IMG/VR virus record: IMGVR_UViG_3300036820_000008
Span: 30,580 to 94,579 of that record
Reading direction: 5' to 3' (one strand)
From: a virus
DNA: 64,000 bases
In this document: in pieces, positions 58,744 to 64,000 of the stretch
Layout of the letters: every line of letters begins with the position of its first letter
How positions within the stretch are numbered: the first letter of the stretch is position 1
Notes under the pieces: generated by a model
Seen by the model: the letters and a program-made list of their open reading frames with translations, nothing else
What the model was told of the DNA's origin: nothing
Databases searched by the model: none
Translations under genes and position numbers: made by a program

Positions 58744-61290
58744 ATGGTCACCCTAACCACACCGCAGGCTACTGCAGCACTTGCTGGCGGATACACCCTG
58801 TACGTCAATGAGTATAACTCAAATGCCGCAAACTCGCTGACATCAGATGGGAATCCAGATTTCACGATCGCAACGTCTGGCATCTCCGTTTCGCATAGCG
58901 GTGCACCGGGTGCCTATAATTGCATGTACTTCGGCAATCATTGGGGAACTCTAAGTGCACCGGCAACAACAACAAAACTGCCGATTCAAGTATCGGCAAT
59001 TGCAGGCGGAGGCGTAGCACTAACATCAGTCAACATCACCGCGTCTGGCGTGGCTGGTGGAAGTGCATATGACTGTGCGTATGACATATGGTTCGTCCCC
59101 ACAGAAACTGGAAATCAGAATGGCACAGATTATGAATTGATGATCTGGCTGCAAGACGCCGGAGGAATTCAGCCCGCTGGTTCTGTCGTGGCATCGAACG
59201 TCATGATATCTGGCGTTAGTTGGACGGTGTGGAGTAATGGTGCCACAACCAGCTATGTAGCCACGAACCCCCAGACACAATTGGTTAATGCAGACATCGG
59301 ACTATTCGCGGCCGACGGAGTGGCACGAGGATACATAAGCGATACTTGGTGGCTAATTGATGTCGAGTACGGATTTGAACTTTGGACAAATGGTGCTGGC
59401 CTTAAGTGTAACTCCTTTAGCGTATCTATCGGGGGCGTAACTCCTCCGGTTGGTAGTAACGTAACTGTTGACTTTACCACTAACATTTGCACGATTGATC
59501 CTCTGGCCGTTGGATTTGTCGCCTCCGAATTTGGAACGTCGCAGGGGAGCAATCCTGTTCCAATAGTCGGTAGCGGAGGGAACGCTGCCTGGAAGACCGC
59601 TTTGGCTGCACTCGCTCCGGGGCACGTACGCTGTTCGCTAGCCTGGTATGGCGGTAACCCTAGCTACGGCGCAGGAGGTAGCCCCGGAGAGCAGGGGTCC
59701 GGAGGCAGTACTGCCACCGCCCTGATTGACGCCATCAAATCTATTGGCGCTCTTCCGCTCGTTTCGTTCAACGGCAATACAACTGATAACAATTTTGTGC
59801 CAGCCGACGGTGGCAGCATCGTTCATTTCTTCAATGATGATGGCGGCCAGAATGGCGGCCCGATCCACTACTGGTCTATTGGAAATGAGCCAGACAATAC
59901 CGGAGGCACTGGCCCGTACATGTCAGGAAGTGGGACAGGATCCGCCACCGCGACCCTCGCGGCTATGCGTGCCGCTGACTCTACAATTAACATTGGCATA
60001 CCAGCTGCTGCTTACTGGGATACAGCACTCCTGTCGTGGGCTGGCGAGCAATCTAACGTCGGAACTCTGTCTTACCATGCTTATGACGGTGGCAATACCG
60101 ACGGCACAGGATTCCCAACAGACCCACAAATGTACCAGCATATAAACAAGGACCTGCCGAATTACAAATCAGGCATAAATTACGGCGTTGAGGAATGCAA
60201 CTGGAATCCTTCATATAGCGGACAGACGCAGTTTTACGATTGGCACAACACATGCTTCATTGCAGATAACTGTGGACAAGCTCTAAGCGCCGGTGGACAC
60301 CTGACGATCTATGCTGACGCGAACGAAGCGCTAGGGCTGATGAACGACGGGTCGGGCGGGCAGAACCAGCCCGGATCATTCGGCACCAAGTTTCCGTCGT
60401 ACTGGGGTCTCGGCATATGGACCGGCATGAATGGCCAGTTCAAGCGCTGGGGCACTCACATGGTGTCTGCCAGCACAACATTCGCACAGGGAGTGCTGAC
60501 GGCATTCGCTAGCGATAGTGGCAAGATCGTGATCGTAAACAAGGATGGATCTAATAGCCATCCGCTGACCATAAGCGTAAAGCTAGCGGGCGCGGTCACG
60601 ACCGGCACGTATGTTATCAATGCGACACAGTTCAGCAACCCGACCGGAGCAATCCAGCAGGTTGCTAGTGGATCATTTTCCGGCAGTGTTATCAGCTATA
60701 CCATTCCGGCTGGCACCGCAATCAGCGTAGATGTCACAGCCGGCAGCGGTGGTGGCGGTGGCGGAGGCCAGGGCGGTGGCACTGCCTTTCTCAGGAACGA
60801 CTTTGAGGAAGGTACGAACGGGACTACGATCACCACTGCTAATAGCGCGGGCATAAACGAGAACCCGTTCGACGCTGTCACGATCGGCTCTGGCAATACG
60901 GTAGCGTTCAGCAATACAGAATTCGAAGGAACGCTATCGGGCAAGTTCGCGACTAGCTCAGGCGGGGGCGTCGCGTCGGTAACCTGGTCTACTGCTCTGG
61001 GCGGAACGCTCCCCGCTGTATATGGCCAGGTGTACCTGTTCCTTACGGCCAATCCTACAGAGAATGATGCGATCATAAGGTTCCATTTGAATGGAGCCTC
61101 AACGTGCAGCATACACATCGACACTAGCGGCAAGATAGAGATCTATGACGCTACGTCCACTAGCATCCACACGTTCACTAATGCTGTTCCGCTAGGACAG
61201 TGGGTCCGTATCGAATACTACATAGTGTTCAGTGCAACAACCGGGCAAGTTACTGTCAATATGTACTGCAATCCTAATAGCCCAGGATAG
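58744..61290 (+). CDS. Tail or receptor protein with GH12-like, clan GH-A TIM-barrel and beta-sandwich domains
   Basis: AYDIW..ELMIWL..GFELW (GH12); WSIGNEPD, YHAY, VEECN (GH-A). Confidence 0.82.
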   Translation: MVTLTTPQATAALAGGYTLYVNEYNSNAANSLTSDGNPDFTIATSGISVSHSGAPGAYNCMYFGNHWGTLSAPATTTKLPIQVSAIAGGGVALTSVNITASGVAGGSAYDCAYDIWFVPTETGNQNGTDYELMIWLQDAGGIQPAGSVVASNVMISGVSWTVWSNGATTSYVATNPQTQLVNADIGLFAADGVARGYISDTWWLIDVEYGFELWTNGAGLKCNSFSVSIGGVTPPVGSNVTVDFTTNICTIDPLAVGFVASEFGTSQGSNPVPIVGSGGNAAWKTALAALAPGHVRCSLAWYGGNPSYGAGGSPGEQGSGGSTATALIDAIKSIGALPLVSFNGNTTDNNFVPADGGSIVHFFNDDGGQNGGPIHYWSIGNEPDNTGGTGPYMSGSGTGSATATLAAMRAADSTINIGIPAAAYWDTALLSWAGEQSNVGTLSYHAYDGGNTDGTGFPTDPQMYQHINKDLPNYKSGINYGVEECNWNPSYSGQTQFYDWHNTCFIADNCGQALSAGGHLTIYADANEALGLMNDGSGGQNQPGSFGTKFPSYWGLGIWTGMNGQFKRWGTHMVSASTTFAQGVLTAFASDSGKIVIVNKDGSNSHPLTISVKLAGAVTTGTYVINATQFSNPTGAIQQVASGSFSGSVISYTIPAGTAISVDVTAGSGGGGGGGQGGGTAFLRNDFEEGTNGTTITTANSAGINENPFDAVTIGSGNTVAFSNTEFEGTLSGKFATSSGGGVASVTWSTALGGTLPAVYGQVYLFLTANPTENDAIIRFHLNGASTCSIHIDTSGKIEIYDATSTSIHTFTNAVPLGQWVRIEYYIVFSATTGQVTVNMYCNPNSPG

Positions 61291-61303
61291 ACAAGGATCG
61301 AAA

Positions 61304-61900
61304 ATGCCTGATGACCTGAAGTGGCACGCAGCACTACACATCGACAAGTACAGCGAAGAGCAGACCGCTGATATCGCGGCCCTTGAGGGTATCGATATAA
61401 GTGAGGTGACAGGAGAGCACTTTGCCAAGTACGAGATGGTGCCCGCTGACACCCAGGATATCGACGGAAATCTGCTCGTCACGGTCGGCCTCGCTGCCAT
61501 TACGAATGTCCTGATCGGATCAGGACAGGCGATGACTGCGACACGCACCGGAATAGGTGTCGGATCTACGGCCACCACAGCCGTCATCGGAGACACCCAT
61601 CTGGGAGCTGACGGATCAGCCGCCAACGGTACAACGGGTGCCTGGTACAGCGTCGTTGACAGCGCTCCCACCCACGCGAACGGCGTGCTTACGTTCATCT
61701 GCACATTCACGGCTGTCTCTAACAACGCCTTCGCGTGGGCCGAGTGGTGCATCTTTACTGCTACTGGTACGATCACTGCCGGTGACACCCTAGCATCCAC
61801 TGCTACCGGCACGATCATGATCAACCACAAGATACAGTCTCTTGGCACGAAGACATCTGGCGCGGCCTGGGTTCTGACCGCAACGATCACCCTGTCATAG
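61304..61900 (+). CDS. Minor tail protein
   Basis: GNLLVTVG, IGVG, F......NFAW.EW-like, NHK...LGTK. Confidence 0.78.
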   Translation: MPDDLKWHAALHIDKYSEEQTADIAALEGIDISEVTGEHFAKYEMVPADTQDIDGNLLVTVGLAAITNVLIGSGQAMTATRTGIGVGSTATTAVIGDTHLGADGSAANGTTGAWYSVVDSAPTHANGVLTFICTFTAVSNNAFAWAEWCIFTATGTITAGDTLASTATGTIMINHKIQSLGTKTSGAAWVLTATITLS

Positions 61901-61925
61901 AAACCGCCGTCAGAGAGGAGGCGGG

Positions 61926-64000
61926 ATGACACTTCTAGTCCAGAGCTTCGATGGCGGCACCGCCACTAATGGTACCACCCTGACCACCACCAATCTTGGC
62001 GGTGCTGGCCAGAACGAATTTAACGTGGTGACCATTGGCTCTACTGCAGCGGCAGTTGCTAGTAGCACCGAGGCTCACTCTGGCACGCTCTCTGGCAAGT
62101 TCACGACCGGTGCGACGTCAGGTGCATCGTATGTCGCATGGACAACATCACTCGGGTCCAACGGAACCGTCTATGGCCGTGCGTACGTATATCTGACTGC
62201 CAATCCGGTAGCGGATACGAACATAATTTATTTCGCTCTGTCCGGTACATTTGGCGGTGGCATCATGATCGCCTCCTCCGGACAGCTCCGAATCCAGAAT
62301 GTTGCATTCGGTGAGGTTAGCGGCGGCCCGACAATGCCGCTGAATGCGTGGTTCCGCCTAGAGTGGGAAGTTGTCTGTGGAACTGCAGGATCCGCTTCAT
62401 GCACGGTAAACTACTATGCAAGCCCTGACTCTGCAACCATAACGAATACCGTACAGGACACAACCGGCGGATACGGTTCTGCCGGAGACATCAACACCGT
62501 AGAGTTCGGGTGGACGGCTAGCAACATAAGTCAGCCTGCCATGTACCTGGACGATGTTGGTGTCTCTACGACAGGATTCCTTGGGCCAACAGTCACCGCT
62601 ATATCCGGCGCTGATACTGGTGGTGGCGCAGACAATGCAACGCTTGCAGCCACGTTGTCGGATAATGACACCGGATCTGGCGTTGATAGCGCTACCGTTG
62701 TAGCTCCTGTGTCTGACTCTGACACGGGCAGCGGTGCTGATAATGCCATTGTGTCCATACCGATATCCGGTGCCGATACAGGTAGTGGCGCAGATACAGC
62801 GTCTGTGACATCCATATCCGTATCGGCTGCGGACACGGGATCTGGCGCTGACTTGGCTGTTGTGTCGACTCCGATGTCGACGCTTCAGGACAACTTTGAG
62901 ACAGACGACCTTGCGACGTTGTGGGCCGGTACTTACGGTAATGTAGATGTATCTGACAATCAGTGTTCCATTGAGTGCGACGTAGATTACGACTCTGCCC
63001 TTTACAGCACTAACACGTACTTCCTGACCGGCTCCTATCTCTATGCACAGGTGATCCCGTATAATGCGGCTTCTGCCCAGACTTTCTTCTTTGCTGCAGC
63101 TAGCGATGGAGACGGTCCGGGATGGATGTACAGTGCAGGAGAGCTATCTGCAATACTTACGCAGGGTGGCGTTCAGGGAACGATTGGTTTTGCAAGCTAC
63201 AATCCGGTTAATGATCTGTGGTTGAGGATACGAGAGTCCTCTGGGACGATATACTGGGACGTCGCTCCGGATGGTGTGACTTGGACCAATCTTTACTCGT
63301 CCACGTATAGCATAGATGTGAGTGCCCTATACGCAGGATGTAGTGCTGGCGACTATGGGTCAGATCCTCCTGGGTTCAGCTATATAACTGACTTCAATGT
63401 CCCGATGCCAATACCGCCTGCAGTAGATTTCGGAGCCGGTGGTGATTGGGCAACTGTTGCAGGTTCTGTCACCACAACTGAGTCGTATACATCTGCAGCC
63501 ACAGAGAATTTCAGCACAGGATTTAACTCAGTAGACTTTGGCTGGACGAACGGCAATGCTAGCCAGCCAGCAATGTATCTCGATAATCTTGAGATGTCCA
63601 CCTCTGGATTTGTCGGGCCTGTCACCCTGATAACGTCAGTCGGTTCTCTGGCTATGGGGCAGCTTGGATACGGTGACGAAAGTTCTGTGTCCACAGGTAG
63701 CGATAGCGTTACATCGCATGGATCCCTAGCCATGCAATCGCTCGCAATGGCAGGAATTGCGTATGAGCCGGTGCCATACTTCCCTGCTCAAACTCTTCTT
63801 CCGATAAAGGTGGAGCTCCTACTTAACGGTACCTGGACCGATATCAGTTCTTATGTGTACCAGCGTGATGACATCTCTATCACGCGCGGGCGTCCGGACG
63901 AAACCCAGACGGTTACCGGTAACCCACAGCAGCAGACCATGACGCTGAACAATAGGAATGGAACATTCTCTCCCAACAACACGAACAGCCCATTCTATCC
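61926..64000 (+). CDS. Large minor tail or fibre protein (3' truncated by the window edge)
   Basis: GGAGG RBS, ATG at 61926, appears open to the end; DTGSGAD repeats; WTDISSYV..R..I.ITRGR.DE near the edge. Confidence 0.75.
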   Translation, partial: MTLLVQSFDGGTATNGTTLTTTNLGGAGQNEFNVVTIGSTAAAVASSTEAHSGTLSGKFTTGATSGASYVAWTTSLGSNGTVYGRAYVYLTANPVADTNIIYFALSGTFGGGIMIASSGQLRIQNVAFGEVSGGPTMPLNAWFRLEWEVVCGTAGSASCTVNYYASPDSATITNTVQDTTGGYGSAGDINTVEFGWTASNISQPAMYLDDVGVSTTGFLGPTVTAISGADTGGGADNATLAATLSDNDTGSGVDSATVVAPVSDSDTGSGADNAIVSIPISGADTGSGADTASVTSISVSAADTGSGADLAVVSTPMSTLQDNFETDDLATLWAGTYGNVDVSDNQCSIECDVDYDSALYSTNTYFLTGSYLYAQVIPYNAASAQTFFFAAASDGDGPGWMYSAGELSAILTQGGVQGTIGFASYNPVNDLWLRIRESSGTIYWDVAPDGVTWTNLYSSTYSIDVSALYAGCSAGDYGSDPPGFSYITDFNVPMPIPPAVDFGAGGDWATVAGSVTTTESYTSAATENFSTGFNSVDFGWTNGNASQPAMYLDNLEMSTSGFVGPVTLITSVGSLAMGQLGYGDESSVSTGSDSVTSHGSLAMQSLAMAGIAYEPVPYFPAQTLLPIKVELLLNGTWTDISSYVYQRDDISITRGRPDETQTVTGNPQQQTMTLNNRNGTFSPNNTNSPFY

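Noticed and set aside
1-64000. Integrase, repressor, endolysin, DNA polymerase, reverse transcriptase
   Set aside because: No diagnostic motifs were recognised here; they may lie outside the window, so lifestyle is undetermined

Overview
About 64 kb of a GC-rich tailed-phage (siphovirus-type) genome. The host is inferred to be an actinomycete, from gene content, GG-TANNNT promoters and leaderless genes. The left part (1 to ~28.2 kb) is mostly minus strand. It holds DNA metabolism genes (SNF2 helicase, ParB-like, GIY-YIG nuclease, Prim-Pol/AAA helicase, RuvC-like resolvase, GNAT) and many small early genes. The right part (~29.3-64 kb, plus strand) holds accessory genes including RtcB, then terminase, portal, Clp-type prohead protease, major capsid, head-tail, tail, tape measure and tail/receptor genes, running off the window end. 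No integrase, DNA polymerase, endolysin, tRNA or CRISPR array was recognised. The most unusual signals are: (1) recurring 70-180 bp islands almost free of CpA/TpG and rich in TpA; (2) a ~460 nt densely hairpinned leader or ncRNA heading the early operon, plus a duplicated twin-hairpin element with compensatory changes; (3) three 32-bp sites arranged around an inverted pair of paralogous leaderless genes; (4) a KcsA-like mini-channel with an altered filter; (5) virion proteins carrying GH12, clan GH-A, lytic transglycosylase and SGNH domains; (6) a dual-coding head-region segment. All calls are by-eye motif recognition; no database searches were run.
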